Assembly (NCBI RefSeq): GCF_003013815.1
Contig: NZ_PRLH01000095.1
Coordinates: 23,943 to 55,942 of the forward strand
DNA: 32,000 bases
Direction: 5' to 3'
Origin: Cyanothece sp. BG0011
GTDB taxonomy: Bacteria; Cyanobacteriota; Cyanobacteriia; Cyanobacteriales; Microcystaceae
The translations under genes and the position numbers were made by a program. The notes beneath the pieces were generated by a model that saw only the letters and a list, made by a program, of their open reading frames with translations, was not told the DNA's origin and did not search any database. This document shows positions 1 through 8,758 of the stretch, piece by piece (within the stretch, counting starts at the first letter, position 1; every line of letters begins with the position of its first letter).

Positions 1-2864
1 AACACATAAATACCGGCTGAATTAGCCTGAACCATAAAAGAAAGGGTATTACTATTTACCTCGATCTTTTTACCGGTTACTGCATCAGAATAAGTCCCAT
101 TTTTGACATTATTAATAGTAATTTGTTGGTCGCTGCCAATGGTTAACCCCACCGCAACATAACTATTACTCCCTGCATCTTCTCTGACAAAACTCATGGC
201 ATTTCCCCACTCATTCACCTGACTCATGGCCCCTTTTTGTAGTGCCGGAATACGACTACGAATGAGGTTTAACCGTTGAATATGTTGATAAAGAGGATGA
301 CTTTGGGTGGTTTGAATGGTATCTTTTTCGAGATGGGGACCATAATAAGCCCTTCCCGTTTCATCTAAGGTATCATCATTACCAATAATATCCTGGGGTT
401 TTCCTTTCATAAATTCGATTTCTTCCCCAAAATAGAGACAAGGAATACCTCTGATCGTCCACAATAAATTATAAGTAGCCGCCGCCCATTCTGTCTCACC
501 TTGGAAACGAAAGCGAAAGTCATTATCGGGTCCGACATCATGGTTTTGTAAAAAGGTGACTAAAGTGGTTGCATCCCCATAAACCCAATCATTGGCTAAA
601 ATAGCCCCAATACCATTAAAACTGCCCCGACTGACATTATCCCGAAAGGTAGAAAACAGCGAAAAATCTAACACTGAGAAACCAGAGTCACCCCCAGAGT
701 TCGGATCTTTGGGATCATCTCCTAAACGAGTGTACCACCAAGGGCGTAAAAACGAGGGTGCATTGTCATCGCCGAATAAATCACCCCATCCCGTCCCTTT
801 CACCAGGTTTTCCCCAAACACAAATAAACCAGGTTTATGGGCCTTCCAAGCATTGATATATTCTAATAAATTATTGCGCTCAACGTGCTTGACGGTATCG
901 ATGCGTAGCGCGTCCACACCCATGTCTAAATACTGACAAATAGCATTGATCAGATAATCTTTGACATTGTCTCGTCTCGTGGCCAAGTCAATGGTATCCC
1001 CTGCCATATGTTTAGTCTGAATAGAAACATTTTCCCAGTCTCCCCCGGCCATAAACCCGTCTTGATGATACCATTCGGGGTCAAGATTATTGGCATCGAT
1101 ACCAAAAAAGCGGTTAGGGTTATACCCTTCTTTGGGAACAGTTTCCCCGGTCAGGGGATCAACTAAGGGGACGACTCCCTCAGCATCAGAAGTTTGTCTT
1201 TCTTTGAACCAGTCAGGGGCCACCGGGTTATCATTATCTTCTTTAAACTCGTTTTGATAGTTGCCTAAGTTGCCTTGATAGGGACCATAGTTAACTTGTC
1301 CCTGTTGTGATCCTTGGGGGACAAAATATTTAATGGGAAGATGATCGATCCACACTTTGCCCCTGATACCGTATTGACAGGAATGGTTAACCACCACATC
1401 TTGTATGATTTTTATGCCTCTTGCATGGGCCTCATTGATTAAATCTTGATAGGTGGCATCGGGAGACTCTAAACGGGGATCGATCTTGGTCCAGTCATAA
1501 CCGTGATAACCATGATAGTCTAAACCGCTTCTATTTTCGATAGGAGGGGTGATCCAAATAGCGGTAAACCCTAAGTCTTTGATATAGTCTAATTTTTGAA
1601 TTAATCCTTTAAAGTCCCCTCTCCAGTGAGGATCTTCTGCTTCTCCTGCTGCGTTAAACTTGATGCGATCGCGACAGAAAAAGTTATTACTGGGATCACC
1701 ATCATAAAAGCGAGTGGTAATCAGAAAATAGATGGTTTCTTCTCGAAAGTCTCTCGGTTCGATCTGACTGCCAACACTGTAGTAAAAGTCTGCATAGGTT
1801 TCATTATCGGCACCATCAATGATTAAAAATCTCACATTAGTGGTGGTGTCTAGGAGCATTTTTGGCCCGGTTAACCCATTGATGGCGTTTCCTTGAACAT
1901 AAATATTACTGTGGGTGGTGGGTTCAGTGCCATCGTTGGTATAGTAAGCAATGATGGGGGTTTCACGGGGATCGGTAATGGTAAAACGAGGGGCGATCGC
2001 TTCTTGATAGTTGCCTGAGTCTTCACTCGCTGTAATGGTGGGTTTTCTGAAGTCTGCGTTCGGATCAATGGTATAAATAAATTCAAAAATAGCCCCCATT
2101 TCTCCCAATGCGTTACGTCCAATACAACGCAAAGTCGTGTTAGTTTCGATTAAAATGGGTTGCTCATAAAGGTTTGATTGAACACTGGGTGTTGTGCCAT
2201 CGGTTGTATAGTAGATAGCATCGTCTTCGTTGTCACTTGAGAGGGTAACACGCTGTGATTCTTGATAGGTTGCCCCTTTTGGCATAGCGGTAATCACAGG
2301 AATGGCAGGCCGTTGGGGGTTTTGATCGTACCAGTTATCCTTTAAAAACCATCCTTCCCTATTTCTGCTTAAGTTATCGGTTTGTTTCCCACTGCCATCA
2401 TTAAAGATAATCTTCGCTGTTTCAACTTCTGGGAAATGATAACCATACCAGTCATTCCCCTCTGCTGTCATGGGAACCCCTGGCCATTCAAGGGTGGGGG
2501 AAGTGGGACTGGTATCCCAATAGTAAATATTAACGGTTTTTTGCCAGGAGGTGGGCCGTTTAAAATGGACCACTAGGGGAGTGATGGGGGTGTCAGGGTG
2601 GCGATCGTACCATTTATTATTCAAGTACCAACCGTCTCCTTCTCGTTGTAAGTCCCTCGTTTGTTGTCCCTGGCCATCATTAAAGATGAAACGGACCCTA
2701 TCTACTCCTGAAAGGCGATAGCTATACCAGTCATCCGCTTCTGCTGTCATGGGAACCCCTGGCCAGGATACTGAGTTAGAAGAGGGATAGGTGTCCCAAT
2801 AATAAACATTAATGGTTTGTCCCCAAGAGGAAGGACGCTTAAAGTAGATGAGGAGATCGGCCAT
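1..2864 (-). CDS. GH13 alpha-amylase family glycoside hydrolase with two N-terminal starch-binding-like modules and two YYTxDG (chitobiase-C / Fn3-associated-like) modules; the C-terminus lies beyond the window edge
   Basis: This gene is not in the ORF track because it has no stop inside the window. My translation of the minus strand from the ATG (complement of 2862-2864) stays open to base 1, which is 954 codons. An AAGGGA Shine-Dalgarno-like sequence sits about 9 nt upstream, and an in-frame TGA lies 11 codons upstream. The protein starts MADLLIYFKRPSSWGQTINVYYWD. The four classic GH13 regions are readable: DVVVNHS, GVDALRIDTVKHV, FVFGE and FLQNHD. Confidence 0.9.
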   Translation of the reverse strand, partial: MADLLIYFKRPSSWGQTINVYYWDTYPSSNSVSWPGVPMTAEADDWYSYRLSGVDRVRFIFNDGQGQQTRDLQREGDGWYLNNKWYDRHPDTPITPLVVHFKRPTSWQKTVNIYYWDTSPTSPTLEWPGVPMTAEGNDWYGYHFPEVETAKIIFNDGSGKQTDNLSRNREGWFLKDNWYDQNPQRPAIPVITAMPKGATYQESQRVTLSSDNEDDAIYYTTDGTTPSVQSNLYEQPILIETNTTLRCIGRNALGEMGAIFEFIYTIDPNADFRKPTITASEDSGNYQEAIAPRFTITDPRETPIIAYYTNDGTEPTTHSNIYVQGNAINGLTGPKMLLDTTTNVRFLIIDGADNETYADFYYSVGSQIEPRDFREETIYFLITTRFYDGDPSNNFFCRDRIKFNAAGEAEDPHWRGDFKGLIQKLDYIKDLGFTAIWITPPIENRSGLDYHGYHGYDWTKIDPRLESPDATYQDLINEAHARGIKIIQDVVVNHSCQYGIRGKVWIDHLPIKYFVPQGSQQGQVNYGPYQGNLGNYQNEFKEDNDNPVAPDWFKERQTSDAEGVVPLVDPLTGETVPKEGYNPNRFFGIDANNLDPEWYHQDGFMAGGDWENVSIQTKHMAGDTIDLATRRDNVKDYLINAICQYLDMGVDALRIDTVKHVERNNLLEYINAWKAHKPGLFVFGENLVKGTGWGDLFGDDNAPSFLRPWWYTRLGDDPKDPNSGGDSGFSVLDFSLFSTFRDNVSRGSFNGIGAILANDWVYGDATTLVTFLQNHDVGPDNDFRFRFQGETEWAAATYNLLWTIRGIPCLYFGEEIEFMKGKPQDIIGNDDTLDETGRAYYGPHLEKDTIQTTQSHPLYQHIQRLNLIRSRIPALQKGAMSQVNEWGNAMSFVREDAGSNSYVAVGLTIGSDQQITINNVKNGTYSDAVTGKKIEVNSNTLSFMVQANSAGIYV

Positions 2865-2978
2865 TGTTGAGGTTTCCCTTATGCTGTTGTAAGCTCAACC
2901 TATCATGTTGCTGTTCTACTTTTTGACACCCTTACAATGTTTTAAGGAGACTAGGATAATAATCAAATACAAAAATTG

Positions 2979-3006
2979 GTAGGGGCATAATATATTATGC
3001 CCCTAC
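2979..3006. repeat. 28-nt perfect palindrome GTAGGGGCATAATA|TATTATGCCCCTAC
   Basis: The two halves are exact reverse complements, read directly from the sequence. It lies in the divergent amylase/mutS intergenic region. The arm resembles the GTAGGGTGGGCAA repeat family. Confidence 0.8.
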
Positions 3007-3061
3007 ACCGTATTTTATTAAGTCGTAAACGGCTGTATTTATTCATCAGGGGTTATCTTGC

Positions 3062-3124
3062 GGTGGGCAATATTAATATGAACCATGATAATTTTTTATC
3101 TTGAATGAGTATTGCCCACCCTAC
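3062..3124. repeat. Small hairpin-type dispersed repeat with 11-bp arms (GGTGGGCAATA / TATTGCCCACC) and a 37-nt loop
   Basis: The inverted repeat was read directly. It has the same arm motif and the same 37-nt loop length as the element at 25078-25142. Confidence 0.7.
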
Positions 3125-3336
3125 AGATAAGATGATACTTTTTAATATTTTTCTTGTATTTTACTAATTATAGTTATCTGGCATAGTTTATAATGGACTG
3201 GCTTGAAACATCAATCAAATGAATTATCTTAAGAAATATAAATAAGTTATTAGTTATTAACTCTCTCCCTGCTCCGGCTCTCCCTTCTCCCCTGCTTATC
3301 TCAACTTTAACATTACTTTCCAACCACTAATTATCA

Positions 3337-5991
3337 ATGTCCAGTTATTCAGAATCAAACCCTAATCCTAATATTGCTACCAGTAAATCTCCTCATACTG
3401 ATTATCGTCCCCTTGAGGTTAAGAAATTAACCCCAATGTATCAACATTATGTGAAAGTCAAACAACAGTATCCTAACGCTTTATTACTATATAGAGTCGG
3501 TGATTTTTTTGAATGTTTTTTTCAAGATGCTGTTACCATTTCTCAAGAATTAGAGTTAATGTTAACCAGCAAAGAAGGGGGAAAAGAAATCGGTAGGGTT
3601 GCCATGACTGGGGTTCCTCATCATGCTTTAGACCGCTATAGTCGTTTATTAGTAGAAAAAGGCTATGCTGTGGCGATTTGTGACCAAGTAGAAGACTCGG
3701 CCCAAGCGGCAGCCCAAGGGCGAATGGTAGAGCGAAAAATAACTAAACTTTTAACTCCAGGAACCCTAACCGATGAGGGAATGTTATCAGCAAAACAGAA
3801 CAATTATTTAGCTGCGGTTGTCATTGCCGGGGAACACTGGGGACTTGCTTATGCTGACATTTCAACGGGGGAATTTTTTACTACCCAATCAAAAGAATTA
3901 ACTAATCTCAATCTAGAGTTATTGAGGCTACAACCAGCCGAGATTTTAATCCCTACCAATGCCCCTGATATTAACAGTTTATTGCGCCCTGGTGAGAAGT
4001 CTCAATATTTAGCTGATGTCTTACCCGATTGTTTTTGTTATTCCCTGCGATCGCAAACGCCTTTTACTCTAAATGAGGCAAAAAGTAAGCTATTAATTAA
4101 CTTTCGTGTTCGGTCTTTAGAAGGGTTGGGTTGTGACCATTTACCCCTGGCGATTCGAGCAGCCGGAGGGTTATTAGAATACATCGAAGATACACAAAAG
4201 GCTCATCAAGTTCCCTTACAATTATTACGCACTTATAATCAAGTTGACTTTCTGATTTTAGATTATCAAACCCGTCGTAATTTAGAAATAACTCAAACCG
4301 TCAGAGATGGTAGTTTTCATGGTTCGTTATTATGGGCGTTAGACCGCACCTGCACAGCAATGGGGGGTCGTGCTTTACGCCGTTGGTTATTAGAACCTTT
4401 AATCAGCATTAAGGGAATTGTTGCCAGACAAAACAGCATACAAGAGTTAATTGATAATCCGACTTTACGGCAAGATATTAGACAGTTATTACGCAGTATT
4501 TACGACTTAGAAAGAATTAGCGGCAGAGTGGGGGCAGGAACAGCTAATGCTAGGGATTTATTGTCTTTAGCAGAATCATTGGTTAGGTTAAAAGAGTTAG
4601 CAGAATTAGCGTTACAAGGTGAATCTGCTTATTTGAAAGCCTTACAAAATCTTCCCCCAGATTTAGAAAAATTAGGTCAATATGTGATCGATCATTTAGT
4701 GGAGTCTCCCCCCTTACATTTAAAAGATGGCGGTGTTATTCGAGACGGAATTAATGCTGATTTAGACACCATGCGAAAACGGCTAGAAGATGACCGTCAA
4801 TGGTTAGCTAATTTAGAAATTACAGAGAGAGAAAGGACAGGAGTTTCTAACTTAAAAGTTGGGTATAATAAGACCTTCGGCTACTATTTAAGTATGCCTC
4901 GAAGTAAAGCGGCCCAAGCACCCGATAATTACGTTAGAAAACAAACATTAACCAACGAAGAACGCTATATTACCCCTGAGTTAAAAGAACGAGAAACCCG
5001 TATTTTAACCGCACAAGATGATCTCAATAAATTAGAGTACGAAATTTTTGTAGAATTGCGTTTAAAAGTAGCAGAAAAAGCTCAAGAAATTCGTAAAATT
5101 GCTAAAGCAGTGGCTGCTATTGATGTGTTATCAGGGTTAGGGGAAATTGCCGTATTTCAAGGTTATTGTCGCCCCGAAATTTTGGACAGTCGCTTAATAG
5201 AAATCACAGACGGTAGACACCCTGTGGTCGAACAATCTTTAGGGTTTGGTTTATTTGTGCCTAACTCCACTAATATGGGGGATAATCAACAAGAAACTAG
5301 CCCTGATTTAATCATTTTAACGGGTCCCAATGCCAGTGGAAAAAGCTGTTATTTAAGACAAGTTGGCCTCATTCAATTAATGGCCCAAACCGGTAGTTTT
5401 GTCCCTGCTACAGAAGCAAAATTAGGCATTAGCGATCGCATTTTTACACGTGTAGGTGCAGTAGATGATTTAGCCACGGGACAATCAACATTTATGGTAG
5501 AAATGAATGAAACGGCTAATATTTTAAATCATGCTACTGAAAAATCCTTAATTTTATTAGACGAAATTGGCCGAGGAACGGCAACGTTTGACGGACTTTC
5601 TATTGCTTGGGCAGTGGCGGAATACTTAGCAACAGAAGTACAAGGGAGAACGATTTTTGCGACTCATTATCATGAATTAAATGAACTGGCTTCTATTCTT
5701 TCTAATGTGGCTAATTATCAAGTTACAGTGCAAGAATTACCCCATGAAATTGTCTTTTTACACCAAGTTAGACCGGGTGGGGCTGATAAATCCTATGGCA
5801 TTGAAGCCGGAAGATTAGCCGGGTTGCCGACTTCTGTTATTAGTCGAGCAAAACAAGTGATGAATCAAATAGAAACTCATAGTAAAATTGCCCTGGGATT
5901 ACGAGAAGGAATTAGTCAAGTTAATCCTAATAAAAACAAAAATAATAAAGCTGACTTAATCGAGCAATTAGATATTTTTGATGATTTTTAA
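3337..5991 (+). CDS. mutS: DNA mismatch repair protein MutS
   Basis: The 884-aa ORF has an N-terminal mismatch-binding region ([30 protein letters not shown]). It also has a Walker A motif ([13 protein letters not shown]), the STFMVEMNE motif, LLDEIGRGT and THYHEL. Confidence 0.97.
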   Translation: MSSYSESNPNPNIATSKSPHTDYRPLEVKKLTPMYQHYVKVKQQYPNALLLYRVGDFFECFFQDAVTISQELELMLTSKEGGKEIGRVAMTGVPHHALDRYSRLLVEKGYAVAICDQVEDSAQAAAQGRMVERKITKLLTPGTLTDEGMLSAKQNNYLAAVVIAGEHWGLAYADISTGEFFTTQSKELTNLNLELLRLQPAEILIPTNAPDINSLLRPGEKSQYLADVLPDCFCYSLRSQTPFTLNEAKSKLLINFRVRSLEGLGCDHLPLAIRAAGGLLEYIEDTQKAHQVPLQLLRTYNQVDFLILDYQTRRNLEITQTVRDGSFHGSLLWALDRTCTAMGGRALRRWLLEPLISIKGIVARQNSIQELIDNPTLRQDIRQLLRSIYDLERISGRVGAGTANARDLLSLAESLVRLKELAELALQGESAYLKALQNLPPDLEKLGQYVIDHLVESPPLHLKDGGVIRDGINADLDTMRKRLEDDRQWLANLEITERERTGVSNLKVGYNKTFGYYLSMPRSKAAQAPDNYVRKQTLTNEERYITPELKERETRILTAQDDLNKLEYEIFVELRLKVAEKAQEIRKIAKAVAAIDVLSGLGEIAVFQGYCRPEILDSRLIEITDGRHPVVEQSLGFGLFVPNSTNMGDNQQETSPDLIILTGPNASGKSCYLRQVGLIQLMAQTGSFVPATEAKLGISDRIFTRVGAVDDLATGQSTFMVEMNETANILNHATEKSLILLDEIGRGTATFDGLSIAWAVAEYLATEVQGRTIFATHYHELNELASILSNVANYQVTVQELPHEIVFLHQVRPGGADKSYGIEAGRLAGLPTSVISRAKQVMNQIETHSKIALGLREGISQVNPNKNKNNKADLIEQLDIFDDF

Positions 5992-5997
5992 ACTCCT

Positions 5998-6627
5998 ATG
6001 AATGAAAACACTATCCACTCTCAATATAATAAACTTGCTAAAAACTATGATAAACGCTGGCAAAATTATCATCATAATAGTTTATCCTTTCTGAAAAATT
6101 GGGTAAATATTTCTTCTACTTCTACCATCTTAGACGTGGCTTGTGGGACAGGAATTTTTGCAGAAATGTTACTTCAAGATAATCCTCATTTAGAGATTAT
6201 TGGGGTTGATATTTCCTCAGAAATGTTAACCATAGCTAAGCAGAAATGTCAAGGTTATGATCAAGTTAAGTTCTATCAAAGTTCGGTGACTGCTTTACCC
6301 TTTGAAAGTCATAAGTTTGATTATGTTATTTGTGCCAATGCGTTTCATTATTTTGATAATCCCATCATTGCGTTAATGGAAATGAAGCGACTGGTTAAAC
6401 CCAATGGTCAAATTATAATATTAGATTGGTGTCGAGATTATTTAACCATGAAAATTTGTGACTTAATTTTAAAACTATTTGATCCTAGTCATAAAAATTG
6501 TTATAGTCAAGCAGAATTAAGTCAATTTTTAGCCTCTACAGAATTAACAATTATTGACAATACTAAATTTAGTTTTAGTTGGGTTTGGGGTTTAATGGTA
6601 TTTACAGTAACCCCTAAGTTTTCTTAG
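5998..6627 (+). CDS. Class I SAM-dependent methyltransferase
   Basis: The 209-aa ORF starts 6 nt after the mutS stop. It carries SAM-binding motif I (ILDVACGTGIF) and a Methyltransf_11-like layout (CANAFHYF, LVKPNGQIIILDW). Confidence 0.85.
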   Translation: MNENTIHSQYNKLAKNYDKRWQNYHHNSLSFLKNWVNISSTSTILDVACGTGIFAEMLLQDNPHLEIIGVDISSEMLTIAKQKCQGYDQVKFYQSSVTALPFESHKFDYVICANAFHYFDNPIIALMEMKRLVKPNGQIIILDWCRDYLTMKICDLILKLFDPSHKNCYSQAELSQFLASTELTIIDNTKFSFSWVWGLMVFTVTPKFS

Positions 6628-6819
6628 TAATTTCTTAGTCAGGTGGGCAGTGCATCGGCGGACAATACTTAATCAAATTTAATTAGTAGGATGGAAACTG
6701 CATCAGCTTACTAAAGAATAAGCCCCATTTTGACAAAAATCACCCTTTAGTTAGATGAAAAGTTATATTAAACCTGTTAATTTTAAGATTATATTGACTG
6801 AAACAATATAATCTAACTT

Positions 6820-8058
6820 ATGAATTATGAACAATTCTTAAACTTGTATAGTGAGGCGGTTTTAACCTCTTTAAGTTTTTTCTGGAAAGCATTATGGGCA
6901 TTTATTTTAGGTTATATTGTCAGTAGTGCCATTCAAGTTTTTGTAACCCGTGAAAGAATGCAAAAAACCATGGGAAAAGCAGGAAAAAAGAGTATTGCTT
7001 TAGGTACGTTTTTCGGCTTTATTTCAAGTTCTTGTAGCTTTGCTGCGTTAGCAACCACTAAATCTTTATTTAAAAAAGGTGCTGGTTTTATTCCTTCTTT
7101 AGCTTTTTTATTAGCATCAACTAATTTAGTCATTGAATTAGGATTTATTATTGCTATCTTTTTAGGATGGCAATTTGTTGTCGGGGAATATGTAGGGGGT
7201 GTTTTATTAATTCTTTTTACTTGGGAAATTGTCAGATTAACTCGTCCCAAAAAATTAATTAGAAACGTACGAAGAAAATTAAACGACACAGAAGGAGAAG
7301 AAAAAAGCGATACGGATACACCCAACTGGAAAGAAAAAATACAAAGTAAACAAGCATGGAAAAAAGTTGCTAAAAAGTATTTTATGGAATGGGGTATGGT
7401 ATGGAAAGATGTTACCTTTGGTTTTACGATAGCGGGAATTATTGCTGCGTTTGTTCCTCAATCTTTTTTCCAAACCCTGTTTATTAATGCTGGTAATAAT
7501 CCGGGATTTTTCTCCATTTTAGAACATACCATTATCGGTCCAGTGGCAGCCTTTTTTACTTTTATTGGTTCAATGGGAAATATCCCCTTAGCCTCTATTT
7601 TATACAGTAACGGGGTTAGTTTTGCCGGGGTAATGGCTTTTATTTTCAGTGATTTAGTGGTGTTTCCTGTAATACGAGTAAATGCTAAATATTACGGTTG
7701 GAAACTAGCCTTATATATTGTTGCTGTCTTTTTAGGGGCATTAGTAGCAACCTCAATCGTCATGCACTATGGTTTTGCTGCTTTGAATTTACTTCCTGAT
7801 AGTAGTAATAGTCAAAGTGTCGCCCAAACCGAACGATTTGCTATTGATTATACCTTTTGGTTAAATCTCGTGTTTATCGCCATAACAGGATATTTAGCTT
7901 GGTTAAACTTTGGCGGAAAAAGTAAGAAGAAACAACAAGAGCATAGTCATAAAGATAATAGTAATGGTGGTAAAAAAGGAATTATAGAAAAATTAGTTTT
8001 TTGGTTAGCTATTTTTTCTTTTATCTGGTTAGCTGGGGGGTTAATTGCGATGGTTTAG
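6820..8058 (+). CDS. Polytopic permease, DUF318/YraQ/ArsP-like superfamily (tentative)
   Basis: The 412-aa ORF has many hydrophobic segments. The N-terminal region (ALGTFFGFISSSCSFAALA) resembles the CSC-containing helix of the predicted-permease family. It has a Lys/Glu-rich central loop and a His/Lys-rich segment near the C-terminus. Confidence 0.65.
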   Translation: MNYEQFLNLYSEAVLTSLSFFWKALWAFILGYIVSSAIQVFVTRERMQKTMGKAGKKSIALGTFFGFISSSCSFAALATTKSLFKKGAGFIPSLAFLLASTNLVIELGFIIAIFLGWQFVVGEYVGGVLLILFTWEIVRLTRPKKLIRNVRRKLNDTEGEEKSDTDTPNWKEKIQSKQAWKKVAKKYFMEWGMVWKDVTFGFTIAGIIAAFVPQSFFQTLFINAGNNPGFFSILEHTIIGPVAAFFTFIGSMGNIPLASILYSNGVSFAGVMAFIFSDLVVFPVIRVNAKYYGWKLALYIVAVFLGALVATSIVMHYGFAALNLLPDSSNSQSVAQTERFAIDYTFWLNLVFIAITGYLAWLNFGGKSKKKQQEHSHKDNSNGGKKGIIEKLVFWLAIFSFIWLAGGLIAMV

Positions 8059-8106
8059 TTATATAGCTAGTCTATTGCAATCATGAACCTACTTGTTGAG
8101 AAGAAT

Positions 8107-8141
8107 GAACAGGGAATTCCGGAACGGGGAACGGAGAACGG
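8107..8141. repeat. G-rich heptamer tract (GAACAGGGAATTCCGGAACGGGGAACGGAGAACGG)
   Basis: Read directly from the sequence. Related tracts occur at 14205-14227 (GGGGAATAGGGAATGGGCAAGGG) and, in reverse orientation, at 25658-25685. Confidence 0.6.
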
Positions 8142-8321
8142 AAAATTTTCACAACTCATTTAAACTGGCCATAGCAGTACAAAAAAGGTGTTTGTCACCC
8201 CGGTTCAGAAGTTCCCCACGTCCCACTTAATTAGAATATTGATACACTTCATTGAAAACCGCTATATTAGGGCAAAATCGCGCTACTCTAGAAATAGACA
8301 GCAAAGCAGGACAAGATTATT

Positions 8322-8738
8322 ATGGGTCTAACCAATGTCATCAAGGTCTTGTTAATTGAGGATAATCTAGCAGAAGCGAGACTGTTGCAAGAAGTGCTAA
8401 AAGGGGCAACAAGGCAAGAATTTCAGTTAGTCCATGAAAAACGGCTAAAAGACGCTCTAAAGCAGCTAGAAACCCACACATTTGACATCATATTACTCGA
8501 TTTGACCTTACCCGATAGTCAAGGTCTAGATTCTTTGTCCCCGATTATTAATCATAATTCTCATATTCCTATTGTGGTTTTAACCAATATGAATGATGAA
8601 GAATTGGCCTTAGAAGCAGTTAGAAAAGGAGCGCAAGATTATCTCGTTAAACGCCACATCACCTTAGATATTTTAGTTCGTTCCATTTGTTATGCCATTG
8701 AACGTAAACAGATGGAAAAGCAATTAAAAAAAAGCTAA
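8322..8738 (+). CDS. Response-regulator receiver domain; probably the N-terminal part of a frameshifted hybrid histidine kinase
   Basis: The 138-aa ORF has CheY-like motifs: LLIEDN, the phospho-acceptor context DIILLDLTLPD, VVLT and DYLVK. It has no output domain. The stop sits immediately after an A8 run. Confidence 0.85.
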   Translation: MGLTNVIKVLLIEDNLAEARLLQEVLKGATRQEFQLVHEKRLKDALKQLETHTFDIILLDLTLPDSQGLDSLSPIINHNSHIPIVVLTNMNDEELALEAVRKGAQDYLVKRHITLDILVRSICYAIERKQMEKQLKKS

Positions 8739-8758
8739 TCAAGACCTAGAAAAAAAGA

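Noticed and set aside
592-2576. Track ORFs 592-936(+), 1626-1826(+), 1871-2122(-) and 2382-2576(+)
   Set aside because: All four lie inside the long open minus-strand amylase frame (1-2864), which has clear GH13 motifs. Their translations are low-complexity and motif-free, so they are frame shadows.
6933-7473. Antisense ORFs 6933-7325(-) and 7279-7473(-) within the permease gene
   Set aside because: They run opposite a well-supported polytopic membrane ORF. Their K/F-rich composition is the mirror of that gene's AT-rich codons. They have no RBS or motifs.
6820-8058. DUF318/ArsP-like permease as part of an arsenic-resistance system with the ArsR-pst unit
   Set aside because: It is 10 kb away, separated by unrelated genes on both strands. 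It has a single Cys (SSSCSF) rather than the vicinal Cys pair associated with organoarsenical efflux permeases. There is no evidence of linkage.
8107-8141. Short tandem repeats considered as a possible CRISPR array or array remnant
   Set aside because: The units are about 7 nt with no spacers of 25-40 nt, there are only 3-4 copies, and no cas genes are present. They are STRR-like heptamers, not CRISPR.
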